A DNA stretch of 64,000 nucleotides from IMG/VR virus record IMGVR_UViG_3300019374_000291, positions 31,736 to 95,735 of that record; one strand, given 5' to 3'. The notes beneath the pieces were generated by a model. The model had not been told where the DNA came from. It made no database searches and saw only the letters and a program-made list of their open reading frames with translations. The DNA is from a virus. Its lineage: Duplodnaviria > Caudoviricetes. The stretch's first letter is position 1; each line of letters opens with the position of its first letter. Both the position numbers and the translations under genes were made by a program. Positions 7,697-16,859 of the stretch are shown piece by piece.

Positions 7697-8585
7697 CGTT
7701 TTCTTCCTCCTCGTTATTCTGAGCATCACGCTTTGCCTTCTGCTTTGCTTCCCAGCGCTCACGCTCCGCATCGTTGCGGAATGCAGTATGGCCGGAAAGG
7801 TTCTCCAGCAGGCGCTTGCGGTCTGCCTTGCAGTCCTTTCCGTTCAGCCCGAGGCGGATCAGCCAGACGCGGAGTGAGTATTTCTCGTTGCTGTCATCGA
7901 CATCCTTTGCCTGCACACGCTGCTGCGTCAGTGCCATATTGTTCATTGCTCCGGCAAGCTTCATGAAGGTCTGCACATGGTCAGCATCTGCCGCCTGACC
8001 GAATCCGTCAAAGGTGAGTTTGTCGCTGTCAAAGGAGATGCCGGTCAGCGGCGGATTCGTTTCATCCCACTCTCTGATAAAGGCGATCAGTTCGTGGGCG
8101 CTGCGGAATTCGTGCTTGCCGATCTCATCAGCAAGGCTCTTGTCTGCGGAGAAGTTTCCGCCGGTTGCCTTGCTGATCAGCGGACCGCGGGAATGAATCA
8201 TGCAGATGAGGTTTGTAAGGCTCTGCACCGTGTGGTCGGAAAGCGGAAAGCTGATGCTTGCATCCAGCGGAAATCCGCTATTCGGTTCCGGCTCTGCATT
8301 GGTTTCCTCCGGCTCATCTGCTTCTGCTGCATCCGTTCCATCCGGCGGTGTGACTGTTTCGCTGGTGTAGCCCGCTTCTGCAAGTCCGTCCAGCACCTTC
8401 TCCACGATCTCGGTGTCGCTGCGGTCGCTGAAGCTGAGAACTGCATCCTTGCTCAGTGTGAAGATGTCAATCTCGTAAGCGCAGCTCGGAACGCCGAGGT
8501 ATACTGCCTCTGCTCCGGTCAGCTCTGCGATTTTCTGTGCCAGTGCCTTACGCTGGCTCTTTTCGATATTGTACTTGATTTCCAT
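7680..8585 (-). CDS. Phage 'virulence-related' hypothetical protein
   Basis: RKALAQKI...YLGVPSCAYEI N-terminus; NEKYSLRVWLIRLGL...LLENLSGHTAFR C-terminus. Confidence 0.8.
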   Translation of the reverse strand: MEIKYNIEKSQRKALAQKIAELTGAEAVYLGVPSCAYEIDIFTLSKDAVLSFSDRSDTEIVEKVLDGLAEAGYTSETVTPPDGTDAAEADEPEETNAEPEPNSGFPLDASISFPLSDHTVQSLTNLICMIHSRGPLISKATGGNFSADKSLADEIGKHEFRSAHELIAFIREWDETNPPLTGISFDSDKLTFDGFGQAADADHVQTFMKLAGAMNNMALTQQRVQAKDVDDSNEKYSLRVWLIRLGLNGKDCKADRKRLLENLSGHTAFRNDAERERWEAKQKAKRDAQNNEEEENDEVSE

Positions 8586-8655
8586 ATTAAAACCTCCGTT
8601 TTCATCACCGCCCCTTGCGCCCTGTGCGCTTGTGCTGCGGCGTTTTCGTAGTCAC

Positions 8656-8684
8656 ATATTACCGTCTTTTTCCCCGGAATGCAA
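8656..8684 (-). promoter_or_regulatory. Sigma-A promoter, copy 11 (TTGCAT-N17-TAATAT)
   Basis: Read directly from the sequence. Confidence 0.75.
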
Positions 8685-8761
8685 GACTGTAAAACGGAGA
8701 ATGTACAGGGAAGATATCCGCTTGTATTTGTGCATATCACGGATACCTTCCGAAGAACTGC

Positions 8762-10942
8762 TTACTTAGTATCAGTCTGTTCACAATTTGCTGCATGGGG
8801 CTTAGAATTCTGCGCCGCCCATGCGATGCCGGAAAGCACGAAATAAGTGCAAGGCAGAGCCACGCCGTTGCCCCACAGCTTGTACTCTGCGGAATCGGTG
8901 TACGGGTCAGCCAGCCATTTTCGGATCTGCTTTTCCGTTTTCGGTTTTCCCTTGGGATTGGTGACCTGCCGCCATGTTTCCCAGACCTCAGACCAGAATG
9001 CAATATCCGCATCGGTCGGTTCGAGAATCGCAAGGTCGGCGCACCACCAGTCCGGGAATCCCTGCAAGCGGGCGCACTCCACCGGAGTCAGGCGGCGGAC
9101 GATATACACCGGCTCGTCATTCGGAAGGTCGTTCACAAGCGGAGGATCCTTCCAGTCGGATGCGACCAGCGTATTAGCCTGTTCATGCGCCGCAACCGTA
9201 TGGTGTGAATTCTTGCTTGTGCAATAATGGTCTGCCGGTGCTGCAACCGTTGCAGGTCCTCTCGCAACTGCCGTGACGGATACATCTTCCGAAACGGCGA
9301 AATGATTGTCGCGGGATATTGTGAAGGACGGTTCCGGCGCAGCGACTGCGTGTCGGTCTGTCGTATTCAGCGTAAAACACACATCCTCGTTGATGCCGTC
9401 ACCCTGCGGACCGTTTTCATCAGCGCGTCCGATCATCGAGCCTTGCAGCGAATATGTCTCCGGAGCCACAACGGCAATGCCACCGTGATTGCTGTCCGGG
9501 TTTGCCTCGCTTGTATCAAGGCATCGGGAGATCTCCGTCGTATAACAATGCCCACGAGCATTTTTCGTGCCGTCCGATGTAAAACGCACATCAAAAGTCT
9601 CCGGCGCAGGTGCTACCACGCAGATGCCGCCCTGATTGGATGTCACAGAATTGCCGCCGCTCTGATCGAGCGTCCTGCTTGTGGTCGCTTCATAGAATCC
9701 GCTGTGCGGATTATCCGACATCATCGCATTGGAATGCTTGCTGCATACACCGAAAGCTTTGACTTCCGGCTGAAAAAGCGTCTGATCGTTGTGTGTTCCG
9801 AGTGTCGCGGACATATCCCTCTGCCAGAGTGCGCCCTTTCCGCCCCCCTCGCAGCCTGACCTGATTTTCAGCGTAACGGGTTCTGCCACAAGCGGTACAT
9901 TGTTGCCGCCCGTGCCGGCTCTGCTGCAAAGCGTCTGACAGGTGTCATCTTCACGGATCTTCACCCGACCGTCTGTCGGATGATTCTCCACGGAGAGTGC
10001 TGCCGGAACGACACCGGCTCTCAGTGTGGGAGATACCTCTTCCTCATAGCCGATGCTCCTGGCTTTTGCACTGTGTTCCGTGGAAAAGCCTGCTGCAAGA
10101 ACGGCGGGATGATTGCCGTGATCCTGTGCGACCAGTGCGAGCGCCTTGTCCTCTGTGATACCGACACCGGAAGTACCCTGACAGTTTACGCAGAGGGTTC
10201 CACCTCCAGTGTCAGACCGCCCGCCTGTCTCTCCAGCGCCTTCTTCAGCACCTCCGGCAGCTCCTTGCCACGCACGGAAGCCCTGCGGAGTATACCCAGA
10301 CACGCCTTCGGACTTAAATAATACTTCTCCGGCACTTCCGCCAGCAAGATCTGCGACAAGGTAGATTCTTGCCCTTCGCTGGGGCACACCCCAGTATTGA
10401 GCGTCGAAAACTCGGTAAGCCACGCTCCATCCGTCTCCCAGATATACGTCTGATTTTGGCCATCGGTGATTTTCAGGCGAAGGCACCTCGATCCCTTCTT
10501 CTTTAATTCCGATAACTGCTTCGAGGACAGCTTTGAAATCGTCTCCTCCGTGGGAGGAGAAGGCGCCGGGAACATTCTCCCAGACGCAGTATCGCGGATA
10601 TCGTCCATTTGTTGCATCCCTCATTTCTTTGATGATACGGATCGCCTGAAAGAACAGGTTTGACCGGTCACCGTCATGGATTCCGGCACGTTTGCCGGCG
10701 ATCGACAGATCCTGACACGGACTGCCGAAGGTAATGATATCCACCGGCGGCAGCTCTGCGCCGCTGAGTCTGGATACATCACCGTAATGCTTCACGCCCG
10801 GAAGCCGCTTGTGGGTAACAAGCACCGGGAACGGTTCAATTTCACTGCTCCACTTCGGCTCGATCCCTGCGAGGATGCCGCCAAGCGGAAAGCCCCCGGA
10901 GCCGTCAAACAGACTGCCGAGGGTCATTTTTGTATTATCCAT
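8762..10942 (-). CDS. DNA (cytosine-5) methyltransferase with a greatly expanded variable region
   Basis: SLFDGSGG, GSPCQD, WENVPG, GVPQRRARIY, RRLTPVECARLQGFP, YKLWGNGV; start set by AGGAGG RBS. Confidence 0.92.
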   Translation of the reverse strand: MDNTKMTLGSLFDGSGGFPLGGILAGIEPKWSSEIEPFPVLVTHKRLPGVKHYGDVSRLSGAELPPVDIITFGSPCQDLSIAGKRAGIHDGDRSNLFFQAIRIIKEMRDATNGRYPRYCVWENVPGAFSSHGGDDFKAVLEAVIGIKEEGIEVPSPENHRWPKSDVYLGDGWSVAYRVFDAQYWGVPQRRARIYLVADLAGGSAGEVLFKSEGVSGYTPQGFRAWQGAAGGAEEGAGETGGRSDTGGGTLCVNCQGTSGVGITEDKALALVAQDHGNHPAVLAAGFSTEHSAKARSIGYEEEVSPTLRAGVVPAALSVENHPTDGRVKIREDDTCQTLCSRAGTGGNNVPLVAEPVTLKIRSGCEGGGKGALWQRDMSATLGTHNDQTLFQPEVKAFGVCSKHSNAMMSDNPHSGFYEATTSRTLDQSGGNSVTSNQGGICVVAPAPETFDVRFTSDGTKNARGHCYTTEISRCLDTSEANPDSNHGGIAVVAPETYSLQGSMIGRADENGPQGDGINEDVCFTLNTTDRHAVAAPEPSFTISRDNHFAVSEDVSVTAVARGPATVAAPADHYCTSKNSHHTVAAHEQANTLVASDWKDPPLVNDLPNDEPVYIVRRLTPVECARLQGFPDWWCADLAILEPTDADIAFWSEVWETWRQVTNPKGKPKTEKQIRKWLADPYTDSAEYKLWGNGVALPCTYFVLSGIAWAAQNSKPHAANCEQTDTK
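10186..10617 (-). CDS. ORF nested in an alternative frame of the C5 methyltransferase; putative EcoHK31I-type beta subunit
   Basis: Encodes TLSQILLAEVPEKYYLSPKACLGILRRA, the L.D/Q.L...V..KY.LS segment normally found after motif VIII and missing from the main frame. Confidence 0.6.
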   Translation of the reverse strand: MQQMDDIRDTASGRMFPAPSPPTEETISKLSSKQLSELKKKGSRCLRLKITDGQNQTYIWETDGAWLTEFSTLNTGVCPSEGQESTLSQILLAEVPEKYYLSPKACLGILRRASVRGKELPEVLKKALERQAGGLTLEVEPSA

Positions 10943-11150
10943 CATCCGCCTCCTTTGCGTTCCTGCACAGGGCAAGAAAATCTTCTCGTATTTGTTCCTT
11001 GTAGGCTTCAGCAACCGCAGGGATCTCGTGTGAATACACCGGTCTGCCGATGAAACCGGAGAGATAATTGTACAGATATTTCAAGTCGCTGCCCTTCAGC
11101 ATTGCGAACCCTGTGTATGCTGTCACGATGGCGCATTCATGTTTTGTCAT
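10935..11150 (-). CDS. Hypothetical phage protein (71 aa)
   Basis: Overlaps both neighbours; protein-like sequence. Confidence 0.7.
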   Translation of the reverse strand: MTKHECAIVTAYTGFAMLKGSDLKYLYNYLSGFIGRPVYSHEIPAVAEAYKEQIREDFLALCRNAKEADDG

Positions 11151-11920
11151 CCCGCACCTCCGAGCATATGCTCACAGGCTTTGGCATAGAAATCCCTGCT
11201 GACCTCAAAGCCGTAGCTGTGTCTGCCAAGCTCCCGTGCCGCACGCAGTGTTGAGCCGGAACCGGCGCAAGGGTCGATGACCACATCGCCCTCATCTGTA
11301 AATATCCCGATCAGGCGTTTCAGCAGATTCACCGGCTTCTGGCTCGGATGTATCTTCGGGATATCCTTGCCGTCACGAACCCAGTCAAAATGGTCAAAGA
11401 TCATGTGCCGCTTGCCGTCTGCATCGATGTTGCGGAACTTCGGCAGCTTGCCGCGATACAGCACCAGTGCGTATTCCGTTGCCCCCACGATCCTCATGTT
11501 TGCCTTCAGCACCTGCGGACTGTAATTCTTCATAAAGCACAAAAACTGGTAGTGCTTGAAGCCGTATTTCTCCGCCTGCCGGATGACCTCGGGTATCTGC
11601 TGAAAGGCACAGAACACGATCATGCAGGGAGCGTCCTTTTCACCTTTGGACGGCTCCTTTTTGAGCAGTCGGTTGCAGAATGCGAAATACTCAGCGATGT
11701 TGAACGAGTAGTCGGTGTGGAATGCCGCCTTGTGCGCTTTGCTGCTTTCGCCGTTCTGATTGTCACCGTCCACATACCAGTCGGGGCGGCTGGCGTAAAA
11801 GTCGCCGCCAATGTTATACGGAATATCTGCAATGACCAACTGCGCCCTCGGAATGCTGTAGCCCTTGTAATTCTGAAAGTTATCGTGTATGAGAACGCAT
11901 TTTACATCACTCAACAGCAT
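11147..11920 (-). CDS. DNA N4/N6 methyltransferase (beta class)
   Basis: IADIPYN (DPPY variant), HPSQKP, VIDPCAGSGST; start uncertain. Confidence 0.88.
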   Translation of the reverse strand: MLLSDVKCVLIHDNFQNYKGYSIPRAQLVIADIPYNIGGDFYASRPDWYVDGDNQNGESSKAHKAAFHTDYSFNIAEYFAFCNRLLKKEPSKGEKDAPCMIVFCAFQQIPEVIRQAEKYGFKHYQFLCFMKNYSPQVLKANMRIVGATEYALVLYRGKLPKFRNIDADGKRHMIFDHFDWVRDGKDIPKIHPSQKPVNLLKRLIGIFTDEGDVVIDPCAGSGSTLRAARELGRHSYGFEVSRDFYAKACEHMLGGAG

Positions 11921-13178
11921 CACCGTCCTGCGGCATTGCTGCGACCGCTTCCTCGTATGACAGCTTCTGTCCGTCACGGAGAACATAGGCGACCTCGGCG
12001 GTCTGCTTCTCCCGGCACCATGCGAGGTACCGTTTCACGATGACATCCACGAACTTCGGGTCAAGTTCGATGCCGCGGCAGACACGATCCGTCTCACAGC
12101 AAGCGATCAGCGTGGAGCCGGAGCCGAGGAACGGATCGAGGACGATGCCGTTTGTCATGGTGCTGTTCTTGATCGGGTACGCCATCAGCGGGATGGGCTT
12201 AGTGGTCGGATGGTCGGGGCTGCTTTTCGGCTTGTCATATTCCCAGACAGTCGTCTGCTTGCGGTCTGCATACCACTGGTGCTTGCCCTTCTGCTTCCAG
12301 CCGAACAGGCACGGCTCATGGATCCACTGATAGGGACTTCTGCCGAGGACGAGAGAATTCTTCTTCCAGATACAGCAGCCCGAAAGCTGGAATCCTGCAT
12401 CTTTGAATGCCTTGCGGAAATTGAGCCCCTCGGTGTCGGCGTGCCATACATAGATGCTGCCGTCATCGGCAAGACTGTCATACATACACTTATAGGCAGA
12501 GAGCAGAAAGTTATAAAAATCGCTGTCGCTCATGTTGTCGTTCATGATCTTGCCTGCGGTCTCCTCAACGTCCACATTGTAAGGGGGATCCGTCAGGACG
12601 AGGTTTGCTTTCTGTCCGTCCATCAGCTTTGTGTATGTCTCCGTAACTGTGCTGTCACCGCAGATCACACGATGCCTGCCGAGAATCCAGATATCTCCTG
12701 ATTTGGAGAAGGTCGGTTTCTGAAGCTCCTCCTCCACATCGAAGCTGTCCTCTTTGACCTGCTTATCGTGTACCTGATTGAAAAGCTGCTCGATCTCCGG
12801 CGGATCAAAGCCGGTCTTGCCAAGGTCGAAATCGCTGCTCTGAATATCCTCCAGAAGTTCAGCGAGAAGGTTCTCGTCCCATGCGCCCGTGATCTTGTTG
12901 AGCGCAATGTTCAGCGCCTTCTCACGGACCTTGTCGATGTCCACCACAGCGCACGGCACTTCCGTGTATCCGAGCGACATCGCCACGGTCAGTCGCTGAT
13001 GTCCGCCGATGATCGTCATGTCGGCGTTGACAACAAGCGGGTCGGCAAAGCCGAATTCCTCGATGCTGTTTTTGATCTTCTCGTATTCCTTATCGCCGGG
13101 CTTCAGCTTTTTTCGCGGATTATATTCCGCAGGCTTCAGCTCCGAGACAGGGATCATGCGAAGTTCTGCTGTTTTCAT
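11907..13178 (-). CDS. ParB-N domain fused to a DNA adenine methyltransferase
   Basis: YNPRK...IIGGHQR (ParB-like); LTDPPYN, HPTTKP, LDPFLGSGST. Confidence 0.92.
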   Translation of the reverse strand: MKTAELRMIPVSELKPAEYNPRKKLKPGDKEYEKIKNSIEEFGFADPLVVNADMTIIGGHQRLTVAMSLGYTEVPCAVVDIDKVREKALNIALNKITGAWDENLLAELLEDIQSSDFDLGKTGFDPPEIEQLFNQVHDKQVKEDSFDVEEELQKPTFSKSGDIWILGRHRVICGDSTVTETYTKLMDGQKANLVLTDPPYNVDVEETAGKIMNDNMSDSDFYNFLLSAYKCMYDSLADDGSIYVWHADTEGLNFRKAFKDAGFQLSGCCIWKKNSLVLGRSPYQWIHEPCLFGWKQKGKHQWYADRKQTTVWEYDKPKSSPDHPTTKPIPLMAYPIKNSTMTNGIVLDPFLGSGSTLIACCETDRVCRGIELDPKFVDVIVKRYLAWCREKQTAEVAYVLRDGQKLSYEEAVAAMPQDGDAVE

Positions 13179-13179
13179 C

Positions 13180-13479
13180 TCATTCCTCCCGTATATACAT
13201 CTGCCGCAGCTCTGCGGCTCTTTTTGCGTTCGCATCCTTCAGTACCGTGACCTCACGGAGCGTTTCTTCACTCAGCAGCTTGCCCTTCAGCTTTTCGGCA
13301 AGCGTGCGGTATTTGCGGATACTCCGGCGGAGAGCGGCATCGGTCACAGACACGATATACGCCTTGCCGCAGTAGTCGCAGTTGAAGAAGCTGTATTCGA
13401 TCTCGCCCTCACGCTGCGTTTTCGGCTCCGGCACAAAGGCACAGCCGCAGGCATCGCAGCGGACATTCTGTTTTGTCAT
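13180..13479 (-). CDS. Small zinc-ribbon protein
   Basis: CDACG...CDYCG. Confidence 0.7.
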   Translation of the reverse strand: MTKQNVRCDACGCAFVPEPKTQREGEIEYSFFNCDYCGKAYIVSVTDAALRRSIRKYRTLAEKLKGKLLSEETLREVTVLKDANAKRAAELRQMYIREE

Positions 13480-13943
13480 ATCGGTCTGCCTCCTTTGAGT
13501 CTGAGTATCCGCTGATTGCGGCTGCCGCGGAACTGAAGCGAGATATCCTTCTCCTCAAGCAGGAACGGCCCGTCCACCAGAACATCCACATACTGCAGGA
13601 TCTCAGAGCCCTGCATCATCTCGTAAGTGTATCCGGAGAACAGCCAGGTGTCCGAATTCGGACACTCCATCTTTACCCGTTTCAGAAACGGTATCAGCAC
13701 ACGCTCGTTTTCTTCCTCGCATGGTTCACCGCCGAGAACAGAAAGCCCCTGTATCCAAGAAGGACGCAGGGCTTCGATGATCTCATCTTCTGTTTCTTTC
13801 GTGAAGGGCTTCCCATAACTGAAATCCCATGCTTCCGGGTTGTGGCAGCCTTTGCAGTGATTCCGGCATCCGGATACAAACAGCGACACACGGACACCGT
13901 CACCGTTTGCGATATCGTTTTTATTCAGACCGCAGTAATTCAC
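13476..13943 (-). CDS. nrdG: Anaerobic ribonucleotide reductase activating enzyme
   Basis: DIANGDGVRVSLFVSGCRNHCKGCHN radical-SAM motif; GTG start overlapping the nrdD stop. Confidence 0.93.
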   Translation of the reverse strand: MNYCGLNKNDIANGDGVRVSLFVSGCRNHCKGCHNPEAWDFSYGKPFTKETEDEIIEALRPSWIQGLSVLGGEPCEEENERVLIPFLKRVKMECPNSDTWLFSGYTYEMMQGSEILQYVDVLVDGPFLLEEKDISLQFRGSRNQRILRLKGGRPI

Positions 13944-16081
13944 AGGTGCATCACCCTGTCCTTTATTTCGGCAGTTCGCCCCTGATTCCAGAACTGCGTT
14001 CCAAGGTAACCGCAGGTGCGGCGGCATACATTCAGTGTCCGCTGATCGCAGTTGCCGCAGTTCGGGCATTCCCAGATCAGCTTGCCGTCCTCCTCGGTGA
14101 TCTGTATCTCACCGTCATAGCCGCAGGCCTGACAGTAATCGGATTTCGTGTTCAGCTCGGCATACAGGATCGTTTCATAGATATGCCGCATCAGCGCCAG
14201 CACCGCAGGGATGTTGTTCTGCAGATTCGGTACTTCCACATAGGAGATCGCTCCACCCGGAGAAAGCGCCTGGAATTCAGCCTCAAAGGTCAGCTTTGAA
14301 AACGCATCGATCGGCTCGGTGACATGAACATGATAGCTATTGGTGATATAGCTCTTGTCCGTCACATGAGGAATGATGCCGTGCCTGCGCTGGAGGCACT
14401 GAGCGAATTTATAGGTGACGCTCTCCATCGGCGTTCCGTACAATGAGAAGCTGATGTTTGTCTCGGTTCTCCATTTGCTGCATTTGTCGTTCAGGAATCG
14501 CATGACCTTCAGTGCAAATATTTTTCCGTCCGGCTCTGTATGCGAACAGCCTGTCATCCGGTAGGTCATTTCCGCAATGCCAGCATAGCCGAGGGAGATG
14601 GTGCTGTAATTGTTATACAGCAGGTTGTCAATGACCTCGCCATCCTTCAGCCTTGCCAGTGCGCCGTTCTGCCAGAGGATCGGTGCAACATCGGACGGCG
14701 TTCCTTTCAGGCGGTCGTGCCTGCACATGAGAGCCTTACGGCACAGTTCGCAGCGTTCATTCAGAAGCTGCCAGAACTTATTCTTGTCACCGCCTGCGCT
14801 GCAAGCGACATCCACAAGGTTGATGGTTACAACACCCTGATTGAAACGCCCGTAATACTTGTGACCGTCCGAAGGCGTGAGAAAACTTCGACAGCCCATG
14901 CAGGCATACACATCGCCCTTCAGCTGTTTCATCACCTTGGCGGAGATATAGTCGGGAACAATGCGCTTTGCCGTACACTTGGCGGCAAGCTCAGTCAGGT
15001 AGTAATATTTTGTTCCGAGTTGGATATTGTCTTCATCGAGAACATAGATCAGTTTCGGGAATGCCGGTGTGATCCAGACACCCTTTTCGTTTTTCACACC
15101 TTCGATACGCTGAAGCAGCGTTTCTTCGATGATGAGCGCTAGGTCATCTCTGGTCTGTCCTTCCGGCACTTCGTCCAGATACATGAACACCGTTACGAAC
15201 GGTGTCTGCCCGTTGGTGGTGAGCAGTGTATTGATCTGGTACTGAATGGTCTGCACGCCGCGTTTGACTTCCCGGCGTACTCGCTTCTCAACGATGTGGC
15301 TGATCTCATCTTCAGACAATTTGCAGCCGCAGTCGCAGTTCACATCCTCAAATACTTCAGCTCGTATCTTCTGCCTGCTGACATCCACGAAAGGCGCAAG
15401 GTGTGCAAGACTGATCGTCTGACCGCCGTACTGATTCGATGCGACCTGTGCAATGATCTGTGTTGCGATATTGCAGGCGGTCGAAAAGCTGTGCGGCTTT
15501 TCGATCATTGTACCGGAAACCACCGTACCGTTCTGCAGCATATCCGCCAGATTCACCAGACAGCAGTTGTGCATCGGCTCTGCGATATAGTCGAGATCGT
15601 GAACATGGATGATACCCTCATCATGCGCGGCGATCACATCTGCCGGGAACAAGAAGCGCCGACAGATGTCTCTGCTGACTTCGCCTGCCATATAGTCCCG
15701 GAGCGTGCTGTTGATGATCGGGTTCTTGTTGGCGTTCTCCTGTTTTGCCTCCTCATTGTTGCGTTCGAGCAGGCTCAGGATCTTGCCGTCTGTGGTGTTC
15801 ATTCTGCGCTGATGTTCATGCAGGAGACGATACTCGCTGTAATGCCGTGCAAGTTTGTACGCTTCGGCCTTGTCCAGTTCATCGAGAACCATGTCCTGGA
15901 CTTCTTCGACATGGACAGGTCTTGCAAGGGTGCTGCAGCGTTTTTCTACATTACCGACAATGAATCCGATCACGGTATCGCTGATCTTGTCATCGACCTC
16001 TGCGTTTGCAGCTGTGATCGCTGCTTTTATCTTTTCGCAGTCGTAGGGAACCTCACACCCGTTTCGTTTGATGATCTTCAT
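13940..16081 (-). CDS. nrdD: Class III anaerobic ribonucleoside-triphosphate reductase
   Basis: ATP-cone IIKRNG, HNCCL, MGCRSFL, C-terminal CxxC pairs and RRTCGYLG glycyl-radical motif. Confidence 0.96.
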   Translation of the reverse strand: MKIIKRNGCEVPYDCEKIKAAITAANAEVDDKISDTVIGFIVGNVEKRCSTLARPVHVEEVQDMVLDELDKAEAYKLARHYSEYRLLHEHQRRMNTTDGKILSLLERNNEEAKQENANKNPIINSTLRDYMAGEVSRDICRRFLFPADVIAAHDEGIIHVHDLDYIAEPMHNCCLVNLADMLQNGTVVSGTMIEKPHSFSTACNIATQIIAQVASNQYGGQTISLAHLAPFVDVSRQKIRAEVFEDVNCDCGCKLSEDEISHIVEKRVRREVKRGVQTIQYQINTLLTTNGQTPFVTVFMYLDEVPEGQTRDDLALIIEETLLQRIEGVKNEKGVWITPAFPKLIYVLDEDNIQLGTKYYYLTELAAKCTAKRIVPDYISAKVMKQLKGDVYACMGCRSFLTPSDGHKYYGRFNQGVVTINLVDVACSAGGDKNKFWQLLNERCELCRKALMCRHDRLKGTPSDVAPILWQNGALARLKDGEVIDNLLYNNYSTISLGYAGIAEMTYRMTGCSHTEPDGKIFALKVMRFLNDKCSKWRTETNISFSLYGTPMESVTYKFAQCLQRRHGIIPHVTDKSYITNSYHVHVTEPIDAFSKLTFEAEFQALSPGGAISYVEVPNLQNNIPAVLALMRHIYETILYAELNTKSDYCQACGYDGEIQITEEDGKLIWECPNCGNCDQRTLNVCRRTCGYLGTQFWNQGRTAEIKDRVMHL

Positions 16082-16262
16082 GTCCCGTCACCCTCGCTCT
16101 CTTTTCCTTGTCCTCCTGCATCGGACAGCCGCCGTCATACGGACAGCGTTTGCAGTTGTGGTAGTGGCACTTGCCGTCATGCTTTATGATCGAACTGATC
16201 CATATTGCGTGGATCAAGATAATGATCATCATGTAGGTAAGGCTCAGAATCGCTATCAGCAT
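16053..16262 (-). CDS. Small membrane protein with a Cys-rich tail
   Basis: Hydrophobic N-terminus and CxxxCxxCP; RBS GGAGG. Confidence 0.5.
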   Translation of the reverse strand: MLIAILSLTYMMIIILIHAIWISSIIKHDGKCHYHNCKRCPYDGGCPMQEDKEKRARVTGHEDHQTKRV

Positions 16263-16266
16263 AATA

Positions 16267-16566
16267 TTAATCCTCCATTTCTTTTTTCATAAGGCAATAT
16301 CGTGTACGGCATCGTCCGGAGCAGAAGCGTTTCCGCCTGCCTGTTTTCGGCTGTATAAGTTTTGCACCGCATATAGGACAGCGTCCGTTCTGCTCACACC
16401 AGATCGGATAGTTCAGCCGCGTCAGTTCGCCGGGACCGGCAAGACCGTGCGCTTTACAAAAAAGCTGGACTTGATTGATCTTCAAGCCCAGCTCCTTCGC
16501 GATCAGCCTGTAACCGATGCCATGCATCCGCATTGCCCTGATCTGTTCTTTCTGCGTTTCCGTCAT
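16267..16566 (-). CDS. HTH plus zinc-finger protein
   Basis: GIGYRLIAKELGL HTH; CPICG...RRKRFCSGRCR. Confidence 0.8.
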   Translation of the reverse strand: MTETQKEQIRAMRMHGIGYRLIAKELGLKINQVQLFCKAHGLAGPGELTRLNYPIWCEQNGRCPICGAKLIQPKTGRRKRFCSGRCRTRYCLMKKEMED

Positions 16567-16859
16567 ATGTTATCACCTCGGAATCGCCGTCGTTTCGCAG
16601 TTTACGATATCCACACGGGCTCCGCCAAGACCGCATGATCAAAATGCGGTTTGGTGATAAAAACGTGCTGTTTTCACCTTGTTTTGCGTGAAAAACCGCC
16701 GTTTTCCTATCCGCTTTTTAACGAAACACCGTATGTATACCGCTGCCGCAGTTTGATACGGCAAAAATCAGGGAAGCACGGAATTACAAGATTTCCGCAG
16801 CGTTTCCCGTGACTTATTGTCGTTTGTAATCTGGCACTATCTGGGTCCCAATAGACCGG

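Larger units (their letters stand above)
211..8735 (-). repeat. Dispersed family of 11 related ~100-bp promoter/operator elements, each upstream of a gene or short operon
   Basis: -10/-35 spans at 224-252, 832-860, 1386-1414, 2247-2275, 2805-2833, 3421-3449, 4100-4128, 4857-4885, 6100-6128, 6843-6871, 8656-8684. All have a 17-bp spacer; most share GTGACACAACGGAAGG downstream and TGTACA boxes upstream. Confidence 0.9.

Noticed and set aside
211-8735. Repeats read as a CRISPR array or a classical integron
   Set aside because: The repeats are degenerate, about 100 bp, separated by whole genes, and decode as promoters. No cas operon, tyrosine integrase or clear attC core sites are visible.
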